A stretch of 44,545 bases of DNA from the NCBI GenBank assembly GCA_964546125.1, contig CAZJIS010000002.1, forward strand, positions 13,484 through 58,028, in the 5' to 3' direction. The stretch is from an uncultured Clostridium sp. Its GTDB lineage: Bacteria; Bacillota; Clostridia; Christensenellales; CAG-138. The notes below the pieces were generated by a model, which saw only the letters and a list, made by a program, of their open reading frames with translations, searched no databases and had not been told where the DNA came from. Shown here piece after piece: positions 27,995-36,473 of this stretch. Position numbers and translations under genes: made by a program. How positions within the stretch are numbered: the first letter of the stretch is position 1; each line of letters opens with the position of its first letter.

Positions 27995-28747
27995 ATGGAG
28001 GGGGATCAGGCGCGCAGGCTTGGAGAAATGATCGAACAAGCGCAGAACATCGTGTTCTTTGGGGGCGCGGGCGTCTCCACCGAGAGCGGCATCCCCGATT
28101 TTCGAAGCCCGGGCGGGCATTTCGAGGCGATCCGCCGCTTTGGCGCGTCGCCGGAGACCCTGCTCTCCCGCGCGTATTTTGAAAAGGAACCGGAGACTTT
28201 TTTCGCCTATTATAAAGCGGCGCTGCTCGTGACGGACGCGAAGCCCAACCGCGCGCACCTGGCGCTTGCCGCGCTCGAGCGGCGGGGCAAACTTCGCGCG
28301 CTCATCACGCAAAACATCGACGGGCTGCACCAGAAGGCGGGCAGTCGGACCGTCTACGAGCTGCACGGCAGCATCGCGCGCAACCACTGCATGCGCTGCC
28401 GCGCGTTTTATGATGCGGCGTTCGTTAAGGCAAGCCCCGGCGTGCCGCGCTGCTCCTGCGGGGGCATCGTCAAGCCCGACGTGGTGCTTTACGGCGAAAT
28501 GCTCGATGATGCAACCGTCGAACAGGCCGTCAACAGCATCGCCGCGGCCGATTTGCTCATCGTAGGCGGCACATCGCTTGCGGTGTACCCGGCGGCGGGT
28601 TTCCTGGAATATTATGGCGGGAAGAAGCTCGTGCTCATCAACAAGAGCCAAACGCCCTGCGATAACCGCGCGGCGCTCGTCATCCGCGCCCCCATCGGCG
28701 AAGCGCTGGGCGAGGCTGTGCCGGCGGAAGAAAAAGCGCGGAGTTGA
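27995..28747 (+). CDS. cobB: NAD-dependent protein deacylase (Sir2 family)
   Basis: GAGVSTESGIPDFRS, ITQNIDGLH, zinc ribbon CMRC..CSCGG and a GTSL box; 250 aa. SD GGGGGAGG lies before ATG 27995. Confidence 0.9.
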   Translation: MEGDQARRLGEMIEQAQNIVFFGGAGVSTESGIPDFRSPGGHFEAIRRFGASPETLLSRAYFEKEPETFFAYYKAALLVTDAKPNRAHLALAALERRGKLRALITQNIDGLHQKAGSRTVYELHGSIARNHCMRCRAFYDAAFVKASPGVPRCSCGGIVKPDVVLYGEMLDDATVEQAVNSIAAADLLIVGGTSLAVYPAAGFLEYYGGKKLVLINKSQTPCDNRAALVIRAPIGEALGEAVPAEEKARS

Positions 28748-28752
28748 AGCTT

Positions 28753-30123
28753 TTAGCGCATCGCCTCGACATAAATATCGAACGCGCCCGTCGTGCCGTC
28801 CACATACTGCGCGGTGCAGGTGAACATCCAAACGGGCAGGTAATAGCCCTGCGAGCTGTTGGCCATGTAAATGATGCGGCAGCTTTCGATCTTTGCGCTC
28901 GACGCGGGCGCGAAGAGCGTGTAGGCGCATTGGCCTTCCAACACCTTTTCATAGGCCTTTTGCTGGGAGATGATCGCGACGACCGTGCTTGGCACAACGT
29001 CCCCATCATAGCGGCGGATCTTTGTGATGCTGTTTTGCGCGCGAACGCTCACAACGAGCGTCGACGAGCCGACGATCGGCATGCCGCTGATGGCGCACGA
29101 GAGATAAATTTCATAACCGTCTACAAGGCCGTCGCTCCCTTTATGTTCGACGATGTCGTCCACAAGGCCCAACTCAACGCCAAGGAGGTTTCGCGCCTCG
29201 AAAAACGCGAACACGCTCGCGACTGCGCTCTCGCGCGCGGGAACATCGCCCGCGGGGCTTGTCGTTCGCTCATAGACCCAGCTGCCGCTATCGGTAAAGG
29301 TGAGCTTTGCGGCGTCGTCCTGCGTGACGTAAACGCCCTCCGTATAAACTGTTCCGCCGCCGATGCCGAGTTCCTCCGCAAGATGCGCTGCCTTCTCCGA
29401 TGCGGGCGCCGCATCGGGAATGAAGATGTTCGCGCGCCCGGCCTCGGCCGAAAGGGCCGTGTCGAGCGTGAGGTTCTTCGGAAGCGCCGTTTCGCTGTCA
29501 AAAAACTGGATGGGCGCGTAGCGCTCACCGTAGTCGAACACCATCACAAGGGCGATAAAAAAATACATAACGCCAAGAACGATGCCCGCGGCGCGCACCC
29601 TGCGGCGAAGCGGAACGGGCAGGCGGAGCTTTTCAAGCGGCAGGCGTTTTTTGAAAAAGCTTGCGAGGATCGCGTAGAGCGCGGCGCCCGTGGCGCTGCC
29701 AAGGCCCGCATAAACATACTCGTCGGTCACAAAGCTCGCGCCGTTAAAGAGCGGATAAACGTTGAACGCGAGCGAGGCGAGCACGCCCGCAACGAACGCC
29801 CAGGTTATTCCGCTCTGGTAAAACGCCGGCATGATGAGAAAGCCCGCGATGAAAAAGGGCGCCGCAAAGGCGAGCAGATCCTGCAAAATCGAGGCGTAGC
29901 CGTATTCGCGAAGCGCAAAGAGCTTATAAAAAGGGATGAAAGCGTTCGTAAGCTGCGCGTTGCCGCGCAGCTTAATGAGAAACGCCGCATAGAGCGAAAG
30001 CATGAATAAGCTCACATACAGCACGCCGTAAGCGCCATCGCCCTTGCGCGCGGCGCGCAGGCAGAGAATCACGCCCGATGCGAGTAAAATGAGGAAAATG
30101 ACAAGGGGATATATACCGGACAA
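28753..30123 (-). CDS. hypothetical polytopic membrane protein with large C-terminal extracytoplasmic domain
   Basis: About 6 hydrophobic segments in the first ~210 aa, then a ~240-aa soluble beta-rich region ending ..GYYLPVWMFTCTAQY... TTG start with SD GGGAGG. The opposite-strand ORF 28744-30009 has a shadow-frame Arg/Ala composition. Confidence 0.65.
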   Translation of the reverse strand: MSGIYPLVIFLILLASGVILCLRAARKGDGAYGVLYVSLFMLSLYAAFLIKLRGNAQLTNAFIPFYKLFALREYGYASILQDLLAFAAPFFIAGFLIMPAFYQSGITWAFVAGVLASLAFNVYPLFNGASFVTDEYVYAGLGSATGAALYAILASFFKKRLPLEKLRLPVPLRRRVRAAGIVLGVMYFFIALVMVFDYGERYAPIQFFDSETALPKNLTLDTALSAEAGRANIFIPDAAPASEKAAHLAEELGIGGGTVYTEGVYVTQDDAAKLTFTDSGSWVYERTTSPAGDVPARESAVASVFAFFEARNLLGVELGLVDDIVEHKGSDGLVDGYEIYLSCAISGMPIVGSSTLVVSVRAQNSITKIRRYDGDVVPSTVVAIISQQKAYEKVLEGQCAYTLFAPASSAKIESCRIIYMANSSQGYYLPVWMFTCTAQYVDGTTGAFDIYVEAMR

Positions 30124-30164
30124 CGCAGCCTCCCTAGCAAGTGTTAATCGTTTATTTGCATGAC

Positions 30165-30193
30165 ATTATACCTTTGATCGGGTTATTATGCAA
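30165..30193 (-). promoter_or_regulatory. sigma-A promoter of the membrane protein gene (TTGCAT-17-TATAAT)
   Basis: The minus strand reads TTGCATaataacccgatcaaaggTATAATgtcatg. Confidence 0.5.
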
Positions 30194-30257
30194 ATGAAGA
30201 TTGTGTGTCACGAATCGCTTCGATTTGAAATATACTTGTATGCAACGCTCATGCGGC

Positions 30258-30286
30258 TTGACACACCCCGTGAGCGAACATAAAAT
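30258..30286 (+). promoter_or_regulatory. consensus sigma-A promoter of the glmU-like operon (TTGACA-17-TAAAAT)
   Basis: cTTGACAcaccccgtgagcgaacaTAAAATactcc, 23 nt upstream of ATG 30309. Confidence 0.6.
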
Positions 30287-30308
30287 ACTCCATGTATGGA
30301 GGGGATAT

Positions 30309-31580
30309 ATGAAAGCCGATTTTGCTGCGATCCTTGCCGCGGGCAAGGGGGAGAGGATGAATTCCGCTTCCCCGGCCGCGCTTTTGCGCGTGTGCGGCAG
30401 GAGCCTTGCGCGCTGGGCGCTCGAGGCCGTTTCCCCCTGCGCTTCTTCATTGCCCGTGCTCGTCCATGGCCCGGGCGGCGAAGTCGAAGTTGAACTTGGC
30501 GCGCGCGCCCGTTACGCTGTGCAAAACGAACCCCGCGGCACGGCGGATGCGCTTTGGCGCGCGCTTGAAACCGCGCCTATTGTGCCCAAACTCGCGCTCG
30601 TCGTTTATGCGAACGCGCCTTTGGTGAAAAGCGAGCATTACGGGGCGCTCATCGAAGCCGCGGCGCGGGAGGGCGCGGCGGCGCTGGTCTATCAAAACGA
30701 GGAAACCGGGGGCCTGGAGCAGGGCGGCGCGTGGTGCTTCACCGGCTCCGCGCTTGAAAAGGCGCTTGCGGGCGGCGTTGACAGGGCGTCCGTCGGCGAT
30801 CTTGCCGGGCGCCTTGCAAGCTTTGGCATACGGGTGCGGGAGGTGCTTGCCGATTCCGCGTCCTGTCTGGCGGCGGCTGACCGCAAATCGCTTGCCGCGT
30901 GCGAGGCTGCGATGCGCGCGCGCATCGTCGGGGCGCACATGGAAAATGGCGTTACCTTCACCGATCCTTCCTCGGTCACGATCGGGCCGGAGGTCAGGAT
31001 CGGGCGGGATGCGGAGATTGCCCGCGGCGTTGTGCTCGCGGGGGATACGCGCATCGGCGCGGGCAGCCGCATCAAGTCCGGCTGCTCGCTCGAGAATACG
31101 ACCGTCGGGCGAAACTGCGAGCTGAGCTATGTTGTGGCCAACGGCGCCGCAATCGGCGACGATGTGAAGGTCGGCCCGTTTGTGAACCTGCGCCCGGGCA
31201 CGGTCATCGGCGATGCCGTGAAGATCGGCGATTTTGTCGAAGTGAAAAACGCCGTTATCGGGCGGGGATCGAAGCTTCCCCACCTTTCCTATATCGGCGA
31301 TGCGGATGTGGGCGAGCGCGTCAACGTCGGCTGCGGCACGGTGTTCGTCAATTACGACGGCTTCCGGAAGTACCGCACGTTTGTCGGCAACGACGTGTTC
31401 CTCGGCTGCCAAACAAACCTCGTCGCGCCCGTGCGCGTGGAGGATGACGCTTACACCGCGGCGGGGTCCACCATCACGCGCGATGTGCCCGCGGGGGCCA
31501 TGGCCATCGCCCGCGCCCGGCAGGAGAATAAGCCGGGCTACGTCGAGCGCTTGCGCTCGCTCAAGGGCAGGGAGGAATGA
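30309..31580 (+). CDS. glmU: GlmU-like bifunctional protein (divergent N-terminal nucleotidyltransferase + conserved LbH acetyltransferase)
   Basis: AILAAGKGERM and GTADA N-terminal motifs. The C-terminal left-handed beta-helix carries PHLSYIGDA, NYDGFRKYRT, NLVAPV, AAGSTITRDVP and IARARQ. SD GGAGGGG lies before ATG 30309; 423 aa. Confidence 0.8.
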   Translation: MKADFAAILAAGKGERMNSASPAALLRVCGRSLARWALEAVSPCASSLPVLVHGPGGEVEVELGARARYAVQNEPRGTADALWRALETAPIVPKLALVVYANAPLVKSEHYGALIEAAAREGAAALVYQNEETGGLEQGGAWCFTGSALEKALAGGVDRASVGDLAGRLASFGIRVREVLADSASCLAAADRKSLAACEAAMRARIVGAHMENGVTFTDPSSVTIGPEVRIGRDAEIARGVVLAGDTRIGAGSRIKSGCSLENTTVGRNCELSYVVANGAAIGDDVKVGPFVNLRPGTVIGDAVKIGDFVEVKNAVIGRGSKLPHLSYIGDADVGERVNVGCGTVFVNYDGFRKYRTFVGNDVFLGCQTNLVAPVRVEDDAYTAAGSTITRDVPAGAMAIARARQENKPGYVERLRSLKGREE

Positions 31581-32341
31581 TGCAGCAGCGCATCGGCGGC
31601 GTCAACATCGAATATGAGCGCATTGGCGCGGGCGAGCCCGTGCTGATTTTGCACGGCTGGAGCGCATGCATCGAAGCCGTGCGGCCGATTGCCGACTGCC
31701 TTGTTTCCCTTGGGCGCGAGGCGGTGCTTTTTGACTTCCCCGGCTTTGGCGGGAGCGGCGAGCCCGAAGAACCTTGGGGTGTGCCGGAATACGCGGCCCT
31801 CACGCGGGCGTTCATGCGCGAGCAAAAGCTCGAGGGGTGCGATGTCATTTGCCATTCCTTCGGCGGGCGGGTGGTCATCTTTCTTGCAAGCGCGGAGCCA
31901 AAGCTCTTTCGCCGGCTCGTACTCGTGGATGCGGCGGGCGTGCGCCCCAAACGCACTCCGCGGTATTACATTAAAACATACGCGTATAAGCTCCTCAAAA
32001 GGCTTGCGCGCCTTGAGGCGCTCGATCGGTTATTGGGGCTGCGCAGGCGGCAGCAAAGCGCGGGCAGCGCCGATTACCGCGCGCTCAAAAGCGATGTGAT
32101 GCGAAAGACCTTTGTCAAAGTGATTAACCTCGATCTCACGAAAAAGCTTTCGCACATCGAGAACGACACGCTGCTCGTCTGGGGCGACAGGGATGATTCG
32201 ACGCCCCTTTACATGGCAAAGGTCATGGAGGCGCGCATCCCGCGCGCGGGCCTTGCGGTCCTCGAGGGCGCGGGCCACTTCTCCTACGCGGAGAAGTACG
32301 CCCAGTTCTGCGCCGTGATGCGGGCCTATTTTAAGGATTAA
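31577..32341 (+). CDS. alpha/beta-fold hydrolase
   Basis: HGW oxyanion region, nucleophile elbow CHSFGG, GDRDD, and GAGHF catalytic His. ATG 31577 overlaps the glmU-like stop (ATGA); alternative ATG at 31580. Confidence 0.8.
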   Translation: MMQQRIGGVNIEYERIGAGEPVLILHGWSACIEAVRPIADCLVSLGREAVLFDFPGFGGSGEPEEPWGVPEYAALTRAFMREQKLEGCDVICHSFGGRVVIFLASAEPKLFRRLVLVDAAGVRPKRTPRYYIKTYAYKLLKRLARLEALDRLLGLRRRQQSAGSADYRALKSDVMRKTFVKVINLDLTKKLSHIENDTLLVWGDRDDSTPLYMAKVMEARIPRAGLAVLEGAGHFSYAEKYAQFCAVMRAYFKD

Positions 32342-32352
32342 GGGAGAGTTTG

Positions 32353-33990
32353 ATGGATCGCTACATTTTCGCTTACGCGCTTGCGGCGCTCATGGGGGCG
32401 GCTGTGACCGCCGCGTCGCTGCCGTTTGTGCATATCATGCAGCTCGAAAGCTACCAGGGCAGAATGTATCTTCGCTGGCTTTCCCGGCACATCGTTTCCG
32501 ATTTCATGCCGGGTCTTGTGGCGGGCCTCGCGGCGCTTTTGCTCCGCGCGGGCGCGGCGTTCCTCGGGGAAGGCGTGCTCTCGCGCATCTGCTACGCGGC
32601 GGCCGACTATGTGTATGTTCTCATGCTCGCGGCGCAGTGCTATGCGTTTTTGCGCAAAAAGCACATCAAGCCCCTCGTCTACACGGGGCGCGTCGTGCGC
32701 CTGCTCGTCGCCGAATGGGCCCTCGCGTTCTGTTTTTCCTCGGTGTTCTTCGTGCGGCTTTACAGTTGGTCGTTCACGACCATCGGCTGGTGGCCGTATC
32801 TCTGGCCCTTTTTCATCCGCTACGCGCCGGGCATGCTCCTGCCGCTGTTTGTGCTGCTCGCGGCCTGCGTGGTATATCCCGTGGAGAGCGCGGTCAAGCG
32901 CTGGTATTTCAACGACGCCAAACACAAGCTCGCCGCCCGGGAAGACCTTGTAAAGATCGGCATCACCGGAAGCTTCGGCAAAACCGGCACGAAGTACGCC
33001 CTCGAGGCGATGCTCAAAAAGAAATACAGGGTGCTCATCACCCCGGGAAGCTACAATACGCCCATGGGCGTCACGCGCGTGGTGCGCGAGCAGCTGCGGG
33101 ATGTGCACGAGGTGTTCGTCGCCGAGATGGGCGCGCGCTACCGGGGGGATATCCGCGAGCTTTGCGCGCTCGTGCGGCCGCAGTTCGGCATCATTACGGC
33201 AGTGGGCAAGCAGCACCTTGAAACCTTCGGCTCCATCGAAAAAGTCATCGAAACCAAGGGCGAGCTTTTGCGCGGCCTCGGGGAGGACGGCTGCTGCTTC
33301 CTCAACGGGGATGACGCCAACTGCCGCAGGCTTTATGCGCAAACCTCGCTTGCCGAAAAATACCTCTACGGCACCGAGGCGGAAGACCTTTTCATGCGGG
33401 CGGCAGACATTTTCCCCGGCCCGGAGGGCAGCACTTTCACGCTCATCGCCGAGAACGGGGAGCGGGTCGCTTGCAAAACGAAGCTTTTGGGCAAATACAA
33501 CATCCTCAACATGACCGGCGCCGCGGCGCTTGCCTACCGCCTTGGCATGGGCATGGAAGAAATCGCCGCCGCCATTGCCGAGGCTGTGCCCGTCGAACAC
33601 AGGCTGCAGCTCATTCCGGGCGCGGTCACGGTGATCGATGATGCGTTCAACGCCAACCCCGTGGGCGCGCGGGAGGCGCTCCATGTGCTTTCGATGTTTA
33701 AGGGCAAGAAGATCATCGTCACGCCCGGCCTCGTCGAGCAGGGGCGCGAGGAGGAGAAGCTCAATTACGAATTCGGAGCGCATATCGCCGAAAGTGCGGA
33801 TATAGCAATAATCATCGGCAAAAAGCACGCGGACCCGATCTGCCGCGGGCTTCTCGAGGCGGGGTTCCCAAAGGAAAACCTCGTGCGCGCGGCATCGCTC
33901 ACGGAAGCGACGGCGCTTCTCAAAAATCACACCGTGCCGGGCTGCACCGTGCTTTTCGAGAACGATCTGCCCGATAATTTCGCCGAATAA
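32353..33990 (+). CDS. murF: MurF-family ligase (UDP-MurNAc-tripeptide--D-Ala-D-Ala ligase-like) with polytopic membrane N-terminal domain
   Basis: Residues ~1-175 form about five hydrophobic helices. These are followed by ITGSFGKTGTK, GSYNTPMG, EMGARYRGDI, IDDAFNANP and TPGLVEQG. SD AAGGGAG sits 6 nt before ATG 32353. Confidence 0.8.
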   Translation: MDRYIFAYALAALMGAAVTAASLPFVHIMQLESYQGRMYLRWLSRHIVSDFMPGLVAGLAALLLRAGAAFLGEGVLSRICYAAADYVYVLMLAAQCYAFLRKKHIKPLVYTGRVVRLLVAEWALAFCFSSVFFVRLYSWSFTTIGWWPYLWPFFIRYAPGMLLPLFVLLAACVVYPVESAVKRWYFNDAKHKLAAREDLVKIGITGSFGKTGTKYALEAMLKKKYRVLITPGSYNTPMGVTRVVREQLRDVHEVFVAEMGARYRGDIRELCALVRPQFGIITAVGKQHLETFGSIEKVIETKGELLRGLGEDGCCFLNGDDANCRRLYAQTSLAEKYLYGTEAEDLFMRAADIFPGPEGSTFTLIAENGERVACKTKLLGKYNILNMTGAAALAYRLGMGMEEIAAAIAEAVPVEHRLQLIPGAVTVIDDAFNANPVGAREALHVLSMFKGKKIIVTPGLVEQGREEEKLNYEFGAHIAESADIAIIIGKKHADPICRGLLEAGFPKENLVRAASLTEATALLKNHTVPGCTVLFENDLPDNFAE

Positions 33991-33999
33991 GGAGGGCTC

Positions 34000-35166
34000 A
34001 TGCAAAACCTTGGCATATTCTTCGGCGGCCGCGCCGCCGAGCACGACGTTTCGATCATTTCGGGGCTGCAAGTGCTCGAAAACGCGGATAAAAGCAAATA
34101 TAACGCGTTCCCCGTGTATGTTTCGCGCACGGGAGAGTGGTTCGTGGGTGAGCCGCTGCGCGACATCGCGCTTTATGAGCGCTTCGATCCCAATATGAAA
34201 GGCCTCACAAAGGTCATCATGCCGCCCGTGCCGGGTATGAACGGACTTTTCGCACAAAAGGGCGTATTTGGCAAATTCGAAAAGATCGCGGCGCTCGACT
34301 GCGCGCTCTTTGCTTTCCACGGCATGCACGGCGAGGATGGCGCGATGCAGGGCCTCTTTGAGCTTGCGGACGTACCTTATACGAGCTGCGGCGTGATCTC
34401 CTCCGCCGCCGGCATGGATAAAATCATGATGAAGGCCGTTTTCCAAAGCATGGGCCTCCCGGTTCTGCCCGGCGCGTGGTGCTACCGCGACGAGTGGCAA
34501 AAGGACCCGGAGGCGGTCATCGCCCGCGCGGAGGAACTTAAGTATCCGCTGTTCGTTAAACCTTCGCAGCTCGGTTCCTCCATCGGCATTTCAAAGGCCG
34601 CGGACCGTGCGGGCTTCATCGCAGCAATGGAGGTCGCCTGCCGGTTCGACTGGCGCATCCTCATCGAAAAGGGGCTCGAGAGCCCCGATGAGATCAACTG
34701 CGCCTGCCTGGGGCTTGGCGATGAAACGGAAGTTTCGCTCTGCGAGCAGCCGGTGAGCTGGGAAACGTTTTTGACGTTCGAGCAAAAATACCTCAAGGGC
34801 AATTCCGGCAAGGGCATGGAGAACCTTGCGCGCAAAATCCCCGCGCCCATCGGCGGGGAGCTGACCGCGCGCGTGCAGGATTATACCAAGCAAATTTTCC
34901 GAACCTTCGGCTGCAAGGGCGTGGTGCGCGTAGACTATATGCTCGACCGCGCGAGCGGGGCGCTCTATGTGTGCGAGATCAACACCATCCCCGGTTCTTT
35001 CGCTTTCTATCTGTTCGAGCCCGCGGGGCTCCCCTTCCGGCAACTTGTGGACCGGCTCGTTACCTATGCGCACAAGGCACTGGCGCAGAAGAACGCCTCC
35101 ACGTTTGCATATGATTCAACCATTTTGAGCAAGGCGGCAAGCGGCACAAAGATCAGCAAAAAGTAA
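34000..35166 (+). CDS. ddl: D-alanine--D-alanine ligase
   Basis: GGRAAEHDVSIISG, FHGMHGEDGAMQGLFEL..PYTSCG, FVKPSQLGSSIGISK and CEINTIPGS; 388 aa. SD AAGGAGGG. Confidence 0.9.
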   Translation: MQNLGIFFGGRAAEHDVSIISGLQVLENADKSKYNAFPVYVSRTGEWFVGEPLRDIALYERFDPNMKGLTKVIMPPVPGMNGLFAQKGVFGKFEKIAALDCALFAFHGMHGEDGAMQGLFELADVPYTSCGVISSAAGMDKIMMKAVFQSMGLPVLPGAWCYRDEWQKDPEAVIARAEELKYPLFVKPSQLGSSIGISKAADRAGFIAAMEVACRFDWRILIEKGLESPDEINCACLGLGDETEVSLCEQPVSWETFLTFEQKYLKGNSGKGMENLARKIPAPIGGELTARVQDYTKQIFRTFGCKGVVRVDYMLDRASGALYVCEINTIPGSFAFYLFEPAGLPFRQLVDRLVTYAHKALAQKNASTFAYDSTILSKAASGTKISKK

Positions 35167-35184
35167 GAACAGGAGAAGCGAACG

Positions 35185-36396
35185 ATGATGAAGATCCAAA
35201 TGAAGACACCTCTCGTTGAAATCGACGGCGACGAGATGACCCGCATCATCTGGCAGATGATCAAGGATAACCTGCTCTCCCCCTATGTGGACCTCAAAAC
35301 CGAGTATTATGACCTCGGCCTCCCGGTGCGCGATGAGACGGACGACAGGATCACCGTGGAAGCGGCCGAAGCCTGCAAGAAGTATGGCGTGGGCGTCAAA
35401 TGCGCGACCATCACCCCGAATGCGGACCGCATGAGCGAATACAATCTCAAAAAAATGTATAAAAGCCCAAACGGCACGATCCGCGCCATCCTCGACGGCA
35501 CGGTGTTCCGCGCGCCGATCACGCTCGATTGCCTAAAACCCTCGGTGCGCAGCTGGAAAAAGCCGATCACCATCGCCCGCCATGCCTACGGCGATGTTTA
35601 TAAGGCGACGGAGTTCCGCGTGCCCGGCCCCGGCCGCGCGCAGCTCACCTTTACCGCCGAAAACGGCGAGAAGCTTTTCGATGAAACCGTGTTCGATTTC
35701 AAAGGCCCCGGCGTGCTTATGGCGACCTATAATAAAGACGACTCCATTGAAAGCTTCGCGCGCGCATGCTGCCAATATGCCATTGCGACCAAGCAGGACC
35801 TCTGGTTCTCCGCCAAGGACACCATCGCCAAGAAATACGACGGTGGCTTCCGCGACATCTTCCGGAAAGTATATGAGCAAGAGTTCAAAAAAGCGTTCGA
35901 CGAGGCGGGCATCACCTACTTTTATACCCTCATCGACGACGCCGTGGCGCGCGTGATCCGCTCCGAGGGCGGCTTCATCTGGGCCTGCAAGAATTACGAC
36001 GGCGATGTGATGAGCGATATGGTGGCGACCGCCTTCGGTTCGCTTGCGATGATGACGAGCGTGCTCGTTTCCCCCGACGGCAAGTATGAATACGAAGCCG
36101 CCCACGGGACGGTGACCAAGCACTATTATAAGCACCTTGAGGGCGAAACGACCTCCACCAATTGCATGGCGACGCTGTTCGCCTGGACGGGGGCGTTAGC
36201 TAAGCGCGGTGAGCTTGACGATATTCCCGAGCTTGCCGATTTTGCCGGGAAGCTTGAAAAAGCTTCGCTCGATTGCATCAGCGGCGGCTTTATGACCAAG
36301 GACCTTGCGTCGCTTGCGGAAATGGAGAGCGTCACCGTGCTTTCCACCGAGGGATTCATCCTCAAGATCAAGGAATATCTTGACAAGGCACTCTAA
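35185..36396 (+). CDS. icd: NADP-dependent isocitrate dehydrogenase (homodimeric ~400-aa, eukaryote-like subfamily)
   Basis: [37 protein letters not shown] and TSTN motifs; 403 aa. Confidence 0.9.
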   Translation: MMKIQMKTPLVEIDGDEMTRIIWQMIKDNLLSPYVDLKTEYYDLGLPVRDETDDRITVEAAEACKKYGVGVKCATITPNADRMSEYNLKKMYKSPNGTIRAILDGTVFRAPITLDCLKPSVRSWKKPITIARHAYGDVYKATEFRVPGPGRAQLTFTAENGEKLFDETVFDFKGPGVLMATYNKDDSIESFARACCQYAIATKQDLWFSAKDTIAKKYDGGFRDIFRKVYEQEFKKAFDEAGITYFYTLIDDAVARVIRSEGGFIWACKNYDGDVMSDMVATAFGSLAMMTSVLVSPDGKYEYEAAHGTVTKHYYKHLEGETTSTNCMATLFAWTGALAKRGELDDIPELADFAGKLEKASLDCISGGFMTKDLASLAEMESVTVLSTEGFILKIKEYLDKAL

Positions 36397-36421
36397 GCGC
36401 GCGTTACAATAGGGAGACGAC

Positions 36422-36454
36422 ACGCGGGCGGCCGGTCGATTCGGCTGCCCGCGT
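36422..36454 (+). terminator. GC-rich hairpin after icd (possible terminator, no U-tract)
   Basis: ACGCGGGCGGCCG-gtcgatt-CGGCTGCCCGCGT (13 bp with one G-T) followed by TAAAAAGG. Confidence 0.35.
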
Positions 36455-36473
36455 TAAAAAGGAAGGATAAACC

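Noticed and set aside
32338-34500. 720-aa minus-strand ORF antisense to murF-like/ddl. Similar long antisense ORFs lie at 16597-17610, 28744-30009, 38504-40246, 41485-43239, 19626-20807, 7989-8987, 20926-21852, 27899-28930 and 30447-31412.
   Set aside because: Their Arg/Ala/His/Gly-rich, low-complexity composition is typical of shadow frames in high-GC DNA. Each lies opposite an ORF with clear family motifs, and none has a recognisable SD or motif.
32353-35166. murF-like + ddl as a vancomycin-resistance (van) type cluster.
   Set aside because: No vanH-like dehydrogenase, vanX/Y peptidase or vanRS two-component genes are nearby. The Ddl shows ordinary D-Ala-D-Ala ligase motifs as far as I can judge.
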